Part shown: positions 1 to 12,569 of the stretch, piece after piece | Numbering within the stretch: position 1 is the stretch's first letter | Layout of the letters: every line of letters begins with the position of its first letter | From: Raillietiella orientalis | Lineage: Eukaryota | Direction: 5' to 3' | Assembly: GCA_036172245.1 (NCBI GenBank) | Contig: JAYWIR010000036.1 | Location: 1,550,001-1,614,000, forward strand | DNA: 64,000 bases | Notes under the pieces: generated by a model | What the model was told of the DNA's origin: nothing | Seen by the model: the letters and a program-made list of their open reading frames with translations, nothing else | Databases searched by the model: none | Made by a program: the position numbers and the translations under genes

Positions 1-149
1 CGGACGCGCGTTGTCTTGGAAAACGATCGCACCGGTGCTCGGAAGCGGCGGAGGCGTGAGCTGAGGGCGAGCGAGGCGGCCGAGGTCACGTCCTTCCGCA
101 CCCTCAAGCCGTTCGTAAGGGGACAGATGCCAGCGCGACTCTTCCCGTT

Positions 150-1250
150 CTTCACGAGAGTGACTCGTGCCCGTTGGACCCCACTCCATCCTGCTCGGGG
201 ATTTTTACAACCGGAGGGAAAGAATCCCGAAGGACTCCTTGGTTTCTGGAAGGGATCCCGGAGGGTCGACTTCCAATTCCAGCCAGTACCACAACCGAAT
301 AGGCCAACCGGCGCCATCCTGCAGGGGTTACTCGAAACCCACGACGCATCCTTCATTCCTCAGCGTCGGCCCTTGCCCGGGCGGGATTCTAACCATCGAC
401 GTTCGGTACCAGCCAGGGGCCAGGCGGCGTCGGACAGGGACATGATCCCCTCGGACCGGTGTGCTTTCGGGCCCCCCAGTGCGGACGGCATGGGCTGGGA
501 AATGCACGAATGCCGTAGGCGCCCGCTCAAAGGCCACCTCGATCCTTTCTTTGTCCCCTACGACGAGACTCCCACGGATCCTCCCGACCGGAAAGCAGGG
601 ATCGTCCGGAACGGGGAGGGAGGGAGGGGGGAGGGTGAACACCGTTGTCAGGTACCCGCCTTCTGGCTGCTGCAGCACCGGTCAGATCTCCAGAAGGCGA
701 GGCAGATGAGCGGCGCAGAGTCGTCTCCGGAATTCTAGGAGCAGATCCGGAACCTCCGCTAGAGGCGCCCGCGGCTCAGAGACCGAGCCAGCCCTATGGG
801 TTGCATAAAGTGCTGCTGCTGCTGAGTGTGCTATAAATGGACCTGACTGCCCACTCGGGATGGAATTTCCTCAAAGCAGGTGGGCGTGGTCCGAGGATTC
901 CTGGCATTCAGCACTTTGTTTCACTTGTGGGTTGTTCGCGCCAAGCCGCAACCTGAGATGATCGTCCCCCGGGAGACCCGTCACCCCAAGCCTGGAAGCT
1001 GCTATTTCCCCGGCCGCGCTTCCGGAAGGAGCCGGCCGCCATCTAGTCGGACGGGCAGCGAGGGACGCGTCTCCACGGCCGGACGACTCCCGAAGGAGCG
1101 CAGGGAAGAGCACGGAGGCTCAGACGGGGCAGACGCTGAGGCGCACTGCCAAGAGGATCCTGCACACCGATGCGGTCCTGATGCGCGGTGCTCGGCCGCA
1201 CGCACCCCGGGAGGAAGCGCGTGCACCACCAAGCCATGTTAGCGGATATG
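150..1250 (+). mobile_element. Decayed Tx1/L1-type LINE (AP-endonuclease and start of RT)
   Basis: SILLGDFYN (GDFN), IPSDRCAF (SDH), GMGWEMH (G.WKLN), RPSQPYGLHKVL. Confidence 0.4.
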
Positions 1251-2110
1251 GCGTTACCTAAGGATGGCGCGTAGGGGCGCCACGACTCCGACCACTGTGC
1301 CAGCTTCGCTCTTTCCGCCCGCCCGGCTGATGAGAAGGGCGCGCGCCCATGCACAGGTGCGCGTGCGTCCCGAAGGGCGGAGAGCCAAAGCCGCGGAGGT
1401 CATGGGGTGCAGCGCGACGCTCGAAGCTGTCAGATCGCCCGGGGTTCCCCGCGCGCGCGCACGAGGGAGCGAGGCTCATTTAAGCCTCCTTCCATTTCTC
1501 TCCCCTCCCCATGGCAACGCGTCCTGCCTGCTGTAGAAAACCCTTCGGCGGTGCCGCCAGTAACTTTTCTCGCGCAGCTGGCGGCGCCGCAGCGTCACCC
1601 GCGCCTCTCCTCGTGGGCCGGGCACTCCTTCAGTAGCTTCCCACGGGAAGTGGGGACGGCGCCCCGCCCTCGGGGTCCGGGCCGTCGTTCGGAGGGGGAC
1701 CACCGAGTTCATGTCACTTGGGAGACTTGGGGCACTCCTGCCCCTCCGCGCGTGATCCGCGGGGCAGAGTAGCGACCCTTTCCAGAGGGAAAGAGGGCGA
1801 GAAGCGGGAGAGACGAACCAAGGGGGCACGCGGCTCTCCCTTCCTCCTGACCCTGCGTGTGCTCGGAAGAAGCCCCTCTTCCTCCTGCGGCCCGGGTACT
1901 TCAAGAAGTCTCCGGAGGCTCGGGGCTCCTCTCGGTTTCCCCTCTCATCCTTCCAAGGAAGACTTGCAAGGGACAGAAGGGGGAGGCAAAACTGGGAGCG
2001 GGGAGCAGGGAATCTCTCTAGAGAGCCCCGTAGAGGGCACCTGCGCCCACAAGCAGGACGAAAGCAGCCCCACGGGCAAACAGGCGCTCCAGGATGCGGC
2101 CCTCAAAGGA

Positions 2111-2157
2111 GTATAAATAGACCTCTATAAATAGAGTAAACAGAGGTCTATAAATAG
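2111..2157. promoter_or_regulatory. Cluster of three (C/G)TATAAATAG motifs (MEF2/TATA-like) plus GTAAACA (forkhead-like)
   Basis: gtataaatag 2111-2120, ctataaatag 2125-2134, gtaaaca 2136-2142, ctataaatag 2148-2157. The motifs are seen; function is unproven. Confidence 0.3.
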
Positions 2158-2459
2158 ACGCCCACGAACACGATGAGCCAAAAGGATGGATGCGCATGAC
2201 CGCCTGTTGGGGCGTTCGTCTCCCGCCCGGCTGCCGGAGCGAACGACCCCGGGTGTTCCGTGTGCGCACCGCTCTCCCGTCTGAAGTGAGTGCGGTCGGC
2301 TCCGCCAGGGAGTCTCCGGCAGCCCCGGGACCAGAGCCCCGGGCAGCGCGCTCGAGTTCCGAGGCGATGCGCTTCCTACAGCAGGGAGACCAGCGAAAAA
2401 TTCAGGCGAGTCCCGGGGGAACGGGGGACTCCTGGCCGGGCGCGCATCTCCGGAGATTT

Positions 2460-2560
2460 ACTCCCTTTCTCCTCCCTTCCTTTCCTCCTCCCTTCCTTTC
2501 CTCCTCCTCTTCCTCTCTTCCTCCTCTTCCCTTCCTCCACCTCCTCACCTTCGCTTTTCA
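2460..2560 (+). repeat. Polypyrimidine (CT-rich) low-complexity tract
   Basis: Almost purely C/T, built from cctcctccttcc-type units. Confidence 0.85.
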
Positions 2561-3619
2561 GAAAACCATCCCGCCTCACGGGTAGGGAGCGCCTCGCACG
2601 AAATGAGGGAAAAAACGAAAGAGAAGCACGAATTTCAGGGAGACTGGATGTTGAGGATCAGAGAAGCCCTCGTGGGATCAGGACGCGCCTCTGCGGCTCC
2701 TCCTGCCTTCTTGAGACGAGAGTGGGGTGCTGCCCGGCCTCCCTGCCCTCCCCTCCTCCTACTGCCCTCCTAGGAAGCGGTCGTCCCTTCCGTTCTTTCG
2801 TTGGAGCTGGCGGAAGCAATGGGGGGGAGGGAGGAAGAGATCATTTCCTGACCTCCTCCTTCCTCTCTCTTCACCATCGTCGTTGCCGTCCGCCCCCATC
2901 GTTTCTCGCTGCGGCCCTCGCTCGGGGGAGGAGCTCTCGCGGGAGCAAGCGACGTATGGCACACCCGCGCTCCCGGAACTTGCGGAGGCGGATGGTCCCT
3001 CAGCGGCGGGGCGGCGGCGATCCCTCCCACCCGCCCTTCCACGGACAGAACTCCTCGGAGGCGTCTCTTCGGCCGAGCGGGACTCCGGGCACCTCCGCGC
3101 CTCCCTTCCTCGTCCTCGGACCCTGGAGGGCGCACCCTCTTCCTTCGCAGGCGCCAGGAAGAGTCAGAGGGGACCGCAAGGACGGGTGCAGGCGCACCAC
3201 GCCCTTCCTCGAGGCCGGCAGGCGTCCGAGAAGCAGCCCCGGGCGTCGCTTGCCCCGGCGGCATCTCTCAGGCTCGCACGCCACGCAGGCCATCACCACC
3301 GAACCCCCGAGGCAGACAGGCGGGGCGGCGCTTAGAACCAAGGGTGGGGCTGGGGAGCGAATCGGAAGGGTAACGGAAGCATCGAACGAGCGAATGGGGT
3401 CAAACGGGTGTGCATGAAGGAACGGGACTGCACAGGAGCGGGGTGGAAGGGGGTGGAGTACCCTGGCCCTGAGATTGCCTGCAGACACGGGTCGATGGCT
3501 GCAGCGGCGGGAGAGCTGCCGCACCCTTGAGGGCCACCTGCGTGGTCCCTCGGTGGGTGGCCATGCTGGCGGAGTCACGCAACCTTGGGGCTGTCCTCCC
3601 GGTTGTCAAGGGATGCGGA

Positions 3620-5100
3620 CGCTGCCTCAACTTGCGGCTCTTCGGGACAAGAAGGGAGGAAGGAGGAAGAAGGCATGGGGGTCTGCAGGTCCAGGCTGTT
3701 CCCTCCCTCTCTTGGAGAGCGCCCGTGGGAGGGCGTCTCTGGCGGAGGTCACTCGCGTGCAGGTCCGTCGCTTACCCGTCTTTTTCGGGCGTTGGGCACC
3801 GTTTTTCTCCGCAGTGTAGATAGGTTTGCTCCCTCCCTTCCCGAACCTCGTCCCTACGGCCGCAGCCTGGCATTCAGGAGCACCCGGATAAGTCCAGAGA
3901 GAGGGCGAGGGCCTCCGAAGGCTGTCCACGCTTCGGACGAGCCCCTGGGCGCACGCCGGGGAGGGTGGGGTTGCGACGGCGGCACCGAGGTAGTGCTGAT
4001 CTTCGCCAGAGCATCTGACCACCCACGGAAGAGGGCGCACTCCCCACGGAGATGAGCACTACGTCGCCTACGGCACGAAGAGGCATGCGACCACATCCTA
4101 ACTCCTGACATGGGGGCCACAGCCTCCCCTGCGGAGCCCACAGGGACATCGAAACCTCCGCGAGGCCGCCCATGAGGAAGACCTCCCGTCCAACAGCCTG
4201 CGCGGCAGGGCGAGTCCCTCTGGAGCTTCTCAGGACTCTGACCTCCCACTCCGTCCCCTCCGCAGCAGGAAGAAGACACGCTCATCACCACTGCGGCAGC
4301 GCTTTCTCCCCTGCTGGGCCAAGCCGCTGTGTGGGACCTCGGATGGCAGAGGAAGACGCTGCATAGGAGTCTCGTTCCAGGAAAGGAAGGGTTCGGGGAA
4401 CGCAGAGGACAAACTTTTCTCGGAAACCGTGCGGGGTGGTGAAGAGTGGGAAGTCCCACCGAGGATCGACGATTCATGGCGATCGCCATCGGCAGCCCAG
4501 CAGCACCGGGCGAAAGACCTCGCTTTCTGGAGCAGTCCGACCGGAAACGTGCGGGAGCACCGGTAGACCGGCCGCGTTGCATTCCCGAGTCCCGGTCTCC
4601 CCGCCTTCCTCCCTACCAGCGAGAGCGGCGCACCACCCCATGGATCAGCCAAAGAAACTAGTGAAACCGGGTCAGCTGGCGATCCCGGAGCGAGCGACGA
4701 GCGATGCAGCTGCCCCCTACAGGGGTGCCCAGGATGCGACGAGCTCCCGGCATGGAGCGGGAAGCATTTGCGGATGCTGGTCCTGAAGCTGCTGAGTGTC
4801 TCCACATCAATCCTACTCCCAGCTGTACCACCTGTCTGTCCTCTACCATGTCTGGAGACTCCTGCCTGTTCCCCCTCATCCCTTCCTGAAGACCCTTGTC
4901 TGCACCACCCTTCCGTTCCTGCCGACCCCTACCTGAACTGCACCCATGCCTGCCCCCCTTTCGTATCTTCAGACCCTTCATCTCCCTCATTCCTGTGTAT
5001 GAGCACCCTACATCCACCAGGAACCCCGAACATCCTTCGCTGAAGAGCAACAAACGCGGAGCATCTGACGTCGTATTCCTCCATGCTCACCCCCAGTGGA
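3620..5100 (+). mobile_element. Possible decayed LINE fragment
   Basis: CLNLRLF (LNVRG-like), VVLIFARASDHPRKR (NIYAP...R), and later SCTTC...ET (C-terminal zinc motif). Weak. Confidence 0.25.
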
Positions 5101-8100
5101 TCTCCTCCTGGCTGAAGGTGAAGTGCCTTCCGGGGAGATGCCGATGTGGGTGGACCGCCAGGCACCTCCCGGTTGCCTTTTTGTTGCATCCCTCCGGCCT
5201 TCTGGCAGCACGTAGCGACACCCCGGCAGCGCGCGCAGGTCCTCCTCCCATCGTCGGCGCGCGTGGGCCCATCTGGAGAACCAGTGGCGACACGCACCGG
5301 AGATCCTGCGCAACGCGAACATCTGCGAGCGCTCCAGAGGGATTCCTGCCGGCCCGCGCCTTCGAGGGGTGTTTCGCGAGCAGCTGGGCGTCAGCGGAGA
5401 GCCCCACGCACGTGCGTGGGGCTCGAGGACGGCGAGCGTCGGGAGGGACTGCTCGCGTACTCTGATGAATGCGACGCACGGGAGCTGTCCACCCTCCACC
5501 GTGCGCGCGAGGCCTCGCGCGCCTCCAGGAACCTTATGTGCCCTCCCAGGAGCTCCCGCTTTAAAAATAGCGCGGCAGGCCCTTCGTCTTTCGCCTCGGC
5601 AAACCAGGGATGCATTCCTGTTCCCCCGATGGCTCTCAGGCTGCTGCCCGACGTCGCAGATGCACGTGAGAGGATCCCGGAAAGCGACGGATGTATATCC
5701 CGTGGCAACGGACCCTCACTTACCGACGTGGTCGTCGGGGTCACATGGCACTTCGGCTGCTCTCCTTATGCCACTCTTGTGAGCGGGAGCTTAGCTCATA
5801 GTAGGTCTGCGAGGGGTGTGGGGGGGGGATGATGACGCGGATCCGGATCGGCGAGATCAGCGGCTTTCCTGGAAGCGACGGGCGGATCCCCTGAGACTCC
5901 TCCCAGTCCCTCGGTGGCGTCTGCTGCTCCCGGTCGCGACTCCGCGCGCGCGCCGGGGCACCTAGCGATCTCGGGTTGGGAAATTTCCGGGGCACGCCGT
6001 TGTCTATCCCGGAGCACGGAACGCGCCTCTCCAAGGTCGACCGCGGTCCAGATCATTGCCCGTTCGGGGGAGGAGGGACCCCGGGATAGTCTCCGTAGTC
6101 TCCGGGGAGGCCTTCCGGATCGCCTGCGAGGGGTCCTCCCGTCTTCACGGGGGTGCGAAGGGGCGACACCTCTCCCTCCATCTCGGAGGAGGAGGGCAGG
6201 GAGGGGGCGAGGGGAGTTTTAACTGTGGCGCCGTCCCTTCCTCTGCTCCTTCCCCAGGGTCGTTTGGGGAGTCAACGCTACCCCTGGACAGCCCTCGGAG
6301 TCGCAGAGCCCTACCCTCCCTCCGCCCACGCAAGTTACGTCCAGCTGCCGCGCACGTGCCGAGAGAACCGCCGGCGCGCGCGCGGGGGCGGGGCGAACCA
6401 TCTGCCGCGCAGATGCCGACGTGAAGTCGCTTGGCGGAGGCCCCCGCGGCATTCCAGGGGAAGTGACCCTCCCCGAGTCGCTTCTCCCCGCCGGTGCTCC
6501 GCGTCCCCCCTCGCGATAACTCGATGACTACTGCAGGGCATCTTCCAGTCAGCAACCGAGGTCAGCGCATGAAGTGTCCTCCACCCGATCTGCGCCCCGA
6601 GGGCAGCACCTTCCGGGTTCTCCGGAGTCCCCCCGCGCCACACCTCTCCAGTAGGGTGGGAAGTCCCCCCGAAAGGAGTTTCCGCTCCCCAGGTGGAGCT
6701 CCAGGCGCCTCCACGAAGAGCGTGCATGCGCCTACAGCCCACCATCCATTGGACTCTCTAAAGGTCGGTTCTCGATATCGTGCAGGAGTGGTCAAGTCTC
6801 CTCTGCTTCTACCGGCTCCCTTCAATCCGCCTCATCCCGGAAGTACCACACTGAGAGTCCCCTGCAGAGGGAAGTCCTTGCTCCAAAAGAGAGAGAGAAA
6901 AAAGAGGAAAAATCTGCCGCTAAATGGTCCTCGAGACACAGGCTTCCCGGGATTCTCCCAGGTTTTCCCATCTACAGCAGTTGCGTACGCGTTTCCAAGA
7001 AATGAGCGGCCAGTCGCCGCGCCAGCCGTGCATCCCGACGTCTGTATTTTCCGTGCTGCGGAGCATCCGCACGCGCCCGTCGGCGTCGCACCGGAGCAGG
7101 CAGGGTATCCTGCAACAATGTTGAGAGCGGAGCTTTCCGCAACAATACCAGGCGTTCCACCGGGTTGCATTGTTCATGCAAGTCTGCCTTGACTTCCTGC
7201 ACGTCCAGCCCACTCGCTGCTGGTTCTGCCCACCACCTCGCGTGCTGGAGAGAGAACCCGCGCCCATCGAATTTTTTAGATACGCTCCCCCCCCCCTTCC
7301 CATTTCTCTGAGTGAGCCCCATGCATTTGCGTCGGCTGTTCCTCCCGCGGGAGGGATGTTTCTCAGCATCGCAAGAAGCCGCTGAGGGAAAAGGACAACA
7401 AGAAAAGAAAAAGAGAAGGGGAGAAAAATGACAGTCGAGTGGTTCCCCAAATGCGCGGAAGAACCATCCCCGGGTTTCCGAGAGCTTCGCAGTGTGGCCG
7501 GTACGTTCCCAGATCTCCTGTTGGTTTCTCTGCATAGGAGCGCGGGAAACCGCCGACATGCGTGAGCAGGGAAAAGGGGATGCCCCACTCCTGGTGATTT
7601 ACCCAGTCGCGAAGTGGATCCCCAATTCCTCGGAGGGAGAGCAGGGGGTGGGGAAGGGAGGAGGCTCCACGACGCTCCGACCATGTCACTCCCTGAGGGA
7701 AGAGAACAAAACTCTCAGGCGGGGAAGAGTGGGCGGCGCGACCCAGCTGCTCAGGGTACCGCTGTTGCCTCGGCGTGACCTTCCTGCGCGTCGTCGCTCT
7801 AGGCGACTGCCGGCATCCCTCCCGCGGGACGGACTGCGGCAGGACGTCGCCGCTTCCTTCCTCGCCCGCTGTCGATCAAGGACTCAGGCGGCTTCGCCCG
7901 CATCTCCGGAAGCGCCTCCCCGGAAGTGCGCCGCCTTTCCCCTTCCGGAGAAGGGGCACTCCCGCACGCCTCCGTGTACTGCTGCTCCTGCCCGCGCCCT
8001 CGCTGCCTTCCGTCCCTTCCCCACCACCCGGCTGGAAGAGGGGCTCTGGATGCCGACTCTGAGTCAGAGCTGCCTCCCTCCGGGTCTGGGACTCGGGCTG

Positions 8101-8209
8101 CTGGAGCCGCTCCTCCCTTCCGGGAAATGGGAGGAGAAATCGGGGCGTCCGTGGAAGCTCGTCGGGGCGGTCCAGAGGACCCCTTCTGTCTCTTCCATCC
8201 GTTACCCGC

Positions 8210-8900
8210 GCCCACGTGAAGGTTGACTTCCTTTTTTGGTTCGATCCGGGGCGTTCCCCGGGAGGTGAGCGCGCCCCCTACCTCCTCTCTCGCCTTTTGG
8301 TCGGAGGGGCCCCCCGTTGTAGTCTGGTCCTTCGGCGGGGCCACTGGGCGGGACATTGCCGCAAGGAACGGAAGGAGCCCCCTCGAGAAGATTGGGAAGA
8401 GGGAATGGGGGTCAGCTGCCCCTCTCGTGAAGAGAGGCTCTGGAAGGGGGCTAGGCGAGAGACCTCCTTCAGGATCGAACGGGGGAGAAAGCGGGGATGG
8501 GGACGGTTACGCCAGCCTCTGGCCTCTACCCGCCTTCCGGAGCGAGCGCCGGCTTCCAGGAGGGCTGAACTCCTGCAGCGAGGTGCCCTTTCTGTTTCTC
8601 CTGACCAACCCTGGGAGGGCCTCCCAGCCCTGGGACGCTTCTTTCCCTCCGTACCGACAGTCCCCTTCGTGTGCGCGAGCCCGTCCTGTACTGCCCTTCG
8701 GGACTCTCGTGTCGCGGGAGGGTCTGGAGGAGAAAGGGGTAGCTCCCCCCTTTTTCGGACTTCTTTGCCCGTCGCCCCTGGGGAGATGGGGACGGAGTGT
8801 GTCCGGGGGATTGGAAGGGGGTCGTTTTCCCAATCTGCCTGCTGCGGCACCACAGTCGAGTGGCTCTCCAAGCCTGTGCCCCGTCTTCCCTTCCGCTCCC
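8210..8900 (+). mobile_element. Decayed LINE RT fragment
   Basis: RSPGGERAP / LAFW (KSPG.DG....FW) and PPREDWEEG (P..W..G). Related PRDWEE segments occur on the minus strand near 5900 and 10810. Confidence 0.35.
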
Positions 8901-11089
8901 TCTTCCCCCTTTTCTTCCTCCTGACCACGCTGCGGAGCTGTGGCCAATGACTCGTGCCGAGGGCTCTCTTCCAGCTCGGGAAACGGGCCGTCAGACCACC
9001 CACAGGCAGCGGCGGCCCTTTTCTTTCCTCTGGGCTCGTCCCGCGCGGCTAGAGAAATTCCGTTGCCGTTGCCGCTGAGAGTCCCCAGAAGTCCCGAGGG
9101 ACGGCGCAGAGAGGATTCGCTCCGTTCCTGGCCCGCGTCTCCTGGGTGACGCAGAGCGGACCTCGCGAGGTGCCCGGCGCTTCTGGAGTCTTGGAGACTT
9201 CCCATCCCTCTGGAGGTCGAGGCGCGTCTCGGAGATGGAGGGGCCGCGCGTGGGTGATCATATCCCTCGCTGACCCCTCCACGAAAACGGGGACTGGAAA
9301 TGCTCCCTCCCAAGGGCTGGAAGCAAGACAGAGGGAGTTCTTCGGACTACGGATGCTCGGGTTTTTTCACGGAGACCAGGTACTCTCCTTCTCACTGAGG
9401 GAGCGGAAGGGGTGACTTCGCTGCAGCAGCAGCCCTGAGGCGCTGGCATTAGGCCGCGACGGCGTCTTCGGCTGTTGCTCCAGGGGAGGCCCTGCAAGGG
9501 AGAGCGCCCTCCGAGGCCGGAAGGACTTCCGGTCGGGAGGGTTCTCCACTCCCAACGAGGCGGGGCAGTTGCGCTCCAAGCGTCCCACTCTGTGGTCTTT
9601 GGTTGCCTCCGTAAGGAGCGCTGCGTGCTCCGGACTTGTGTCCCGAGGCAGAGTACTGCCTCCCCGTCCTGGGGAGGATAGCGGCGGCGTACCCTCATGC
9701 GCGGCCCGAAGGAAACGCAGCAGAGTCAACGGGCTTGAAGACCAGGACGAGCGCGGCAGCGCCAGGGAGGAGGACCCTGCCCGAGGCCCCTCACTCACAG
9801 GATCAGCTGCTCCGACGAGGCGGCGGCGGCAGCGCCGCGGTGGGAAAAAAGGGAATCCGGCCGCCTCGTCACAGGACTTCTCGCCCGGGATCGTCTTTCC
9901 CGGCGCGCAGGACCATCTAGGACCAGCCTAAGGAGACCCCAGCCTGAGTTAACTCTCGGTGCGTCTTCCTAGGCGCAGCTTCCGGAGGGTGCGCCGCTGG
10001 AGCACGGCGCCGCCCGTCCGGGCTCCGGCCCGCGCGTTCTTCCGGGATGCGCTGGAGTTCCCTCTTCTGGATCGTCTCATCCCTTCCCTTCCTCTCCCCT
10101 TTCTCATCCTTTCGCAGCATCCGCTGTCTTTCCCCCCGAGGGAGGCGCCTTCCAAAGGGGCCGGTCGTCGTCCCCGCGCCTCATTCCGACTCGATTTCGG
10201 GCCACCGCCTGGACCTCCATGCATCCCGCGATAGCACCCTCCGACGATGCGCCTGAGGCTCTCTCACCTCCCGGGCGGATTCACGGCGGGCGTTTCCTCC
10301 CTCGGGCAAGGCCTCGCTTCCGGGACCCAGAGCGGGAACGCCGTCGCCGCCTCAAAGCGCCGCCGCCGGAAACCCAACCCGGGCGCCGCGCCCCCTATCG
10401 GTTTCGCGTCGGCTCCAGGGTCGCTCGGCTTTTCTGAGGAGCTACAAGGTTACCCGGGTGGCGCTGTTGCTCACCCCTTCGACAACGCCGGAAAGAGAAC
10501 CCGTCCTCCTGGCTTCCCGTCGAGCGGCGCCGCTTCCTTCCCGGCCGGGCAGGACGGAGGCAGGCGCGCCTCTCGCGGCCGCTTCCGGAAATGCGGCGGT
10601 GTAAGCGCGGCTGGGCCTCCCGAGCGGCCTCGCGTCTCCTGACGTCTCCCTCGTCGCCTGGGTAGGCGGTGGAAGAGAGGCGTCTGCGCCTTCCTTCTCC
10701 CGCCACCCCAATCTTGTCCCTTGTTCTCCCTCAGGACCGAGAACGCAGCGGTCGGATCCGGGCGTCCCTTCGCGTCCCTGCTAGGCTTTCCTGGTGCACG
10801 CCGCTCCTCCCAGTCCCGTGGGTGGGTCCCTGGAAAGCAAGGAGGAGCAAAGGAGGGAAAGGAGAGCTTTCGGGACGGTGGCCTCCGGGTGCGACAGAGG
10901 AGCACCGAGTGCGTTTCCACCTTCCTGCTGCATGGCGCGCAGTTCCCTGCCAACCCTTCCCTCCCCCGCGGGCCTATCGCCGGGAGGGAGAATCGGACCC
11001 CCAAGTGCGCTCTTCGTCCTTCTCCCGTCCTCATTCCGCTCTCAGGAGTGGGTCATTTCTCCGGGGCGAGCACTTCGACCCAACTGACC

Positions 11090-11600
11090 CAGGGGCGTCT
11101 CCACCGCCCGCATCCGGAGCGATGTCCTTCTACCTGGATGCAAGGTGGCGGTTGCTTGGGGTGGGGCGGGGAAGCTGCCAAGGCGAAAGGGCGTGCCTAG
11201 AGGGTGGCCAGAGCAGCTCCTATCTCGTGAGGGCACCAGAGTCGCCTCGTGATGATACAGGGTTTTCTCCCAGGAGGTGGGCAGAGCAGCTGAGAGGGAG
11301 GGAGGATGGAAGGCGTCGACCCGTGAGACTCCAGGGGCAATACCGAGGTTCCGGAAGTGCAGCCGGGTCATCCCGAGTGCGGAAAGGCCGGGAAGCCTCA
11401 TTGGAACACAGTGAGGGGCTACGCGCGCAGGTCACGAGGAGGATGTCTTTCGAGAAAGCTTCGGGAGTGGCCGCCAGGTGACCATGTGACCTGCCTCCGA
11501 CAGAGGTGACCCAGCTCCCTTGAGGGCCGCTCCAGGTCCAATAACTCTTTGCTCTGCAGAAATCCTGTTCCCAGGATAACACCAAGAGAGGATCACGGGG
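11090..11600 (-). mobile_element. Possible LTR-retrotransposon remnant (protease end and integrase zinc motif)
   Basis: GVILGTGFL...LD (ILG.DFL) and LHPGRRT; very degenerate. Confidence 0.25.
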
Positions 11601-12569
11601 TCATCTTATGGAGTTCACGGACGTCCCCGGGAGTCGCTCCGTCGTGCACGAAGAGCTACCGGAGGTGGTGGAAGTTGCCATTGCAGCATCCGCCGAGGAC
11701 CTCCGCCTCTGTTCGGGGTTGGTAGTCAGTCAGTCAGGGTTCCCCGGCGGCGTCCTTGGGTGGGGAGTGAGGGAATCCTGCGCTTCTGCTGTTGCCGTGC
11801 AGAGCCCCCGCCGACATCGCCGGACCCGGGGGAGGGTGGGAGATGGTAGTGAGCCCGAGCAACAAAAGGTGAGGGGTGTGTGGATCCTCCCCGCGTCCCC
11901 TCATGGACTGCGCTGCCCCCTGGCCGCTGCGGGCACGTTCCGCGGAGGACTACGGTCCTCGGGACCCCGCGCAACGACCCCAGGAACTCCTCTTCGGGCG
12001 CATCGTCAGCAGCCCTTCGCTGCCCGCGCGGGGCCGTGGCGGCCTGGAGAGATGCCAGGGGAGGAGACCTCTCCAGGGACTCCGTCCGCCTCGCCCCTCT
12101 ACGCTTCCTGCGGGGGATGGCGGGGCAGCTCCACCCGAGCGACGCTCAACAGTGACTCGCCCGCATCCTCGGGAGGGGAAGGGGGGGTTCAGAGAACGGC
12201 CCCCTTCCCGTGCCCTCCAAGGTCATTTTCTTCCTGTTTGTGTTTTTATTTTTTTCACCCTTTCGTTTCCTCTCGGCCTTCGAGGTCACCCTCGTGCCCG
12301 CTCGCCCTCGGCAGGTTCCCAACTGTCTGGACGGGATAGGACCGAAGGCCCTACGACCTTAGCACTGTTTATTTATTTTAATAAATAAGCGCCTCCAGAG
12401 AACCCGGGTGGAAATCCGCGGAAGAGCCTCTGAGGGTACACTGCCCTTTTGTCTCGGGTTATCGGGCTCGGACACGTGACGGAGTCTGCTCGTCCCGCGC
12501 CTCCGGCGCCCCTCTCCGCAAATGCACCCGGATCCTCCCGAACCGCCATCGGAGGGTGGTGGTGTCACT

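Noticed and set aside
1326..1380. Hammerhead ribozyme core (CTGATGA)
   Set aside because: No correctly placed stem II and GAAA. Other CTGATGA sites I checked also fail.
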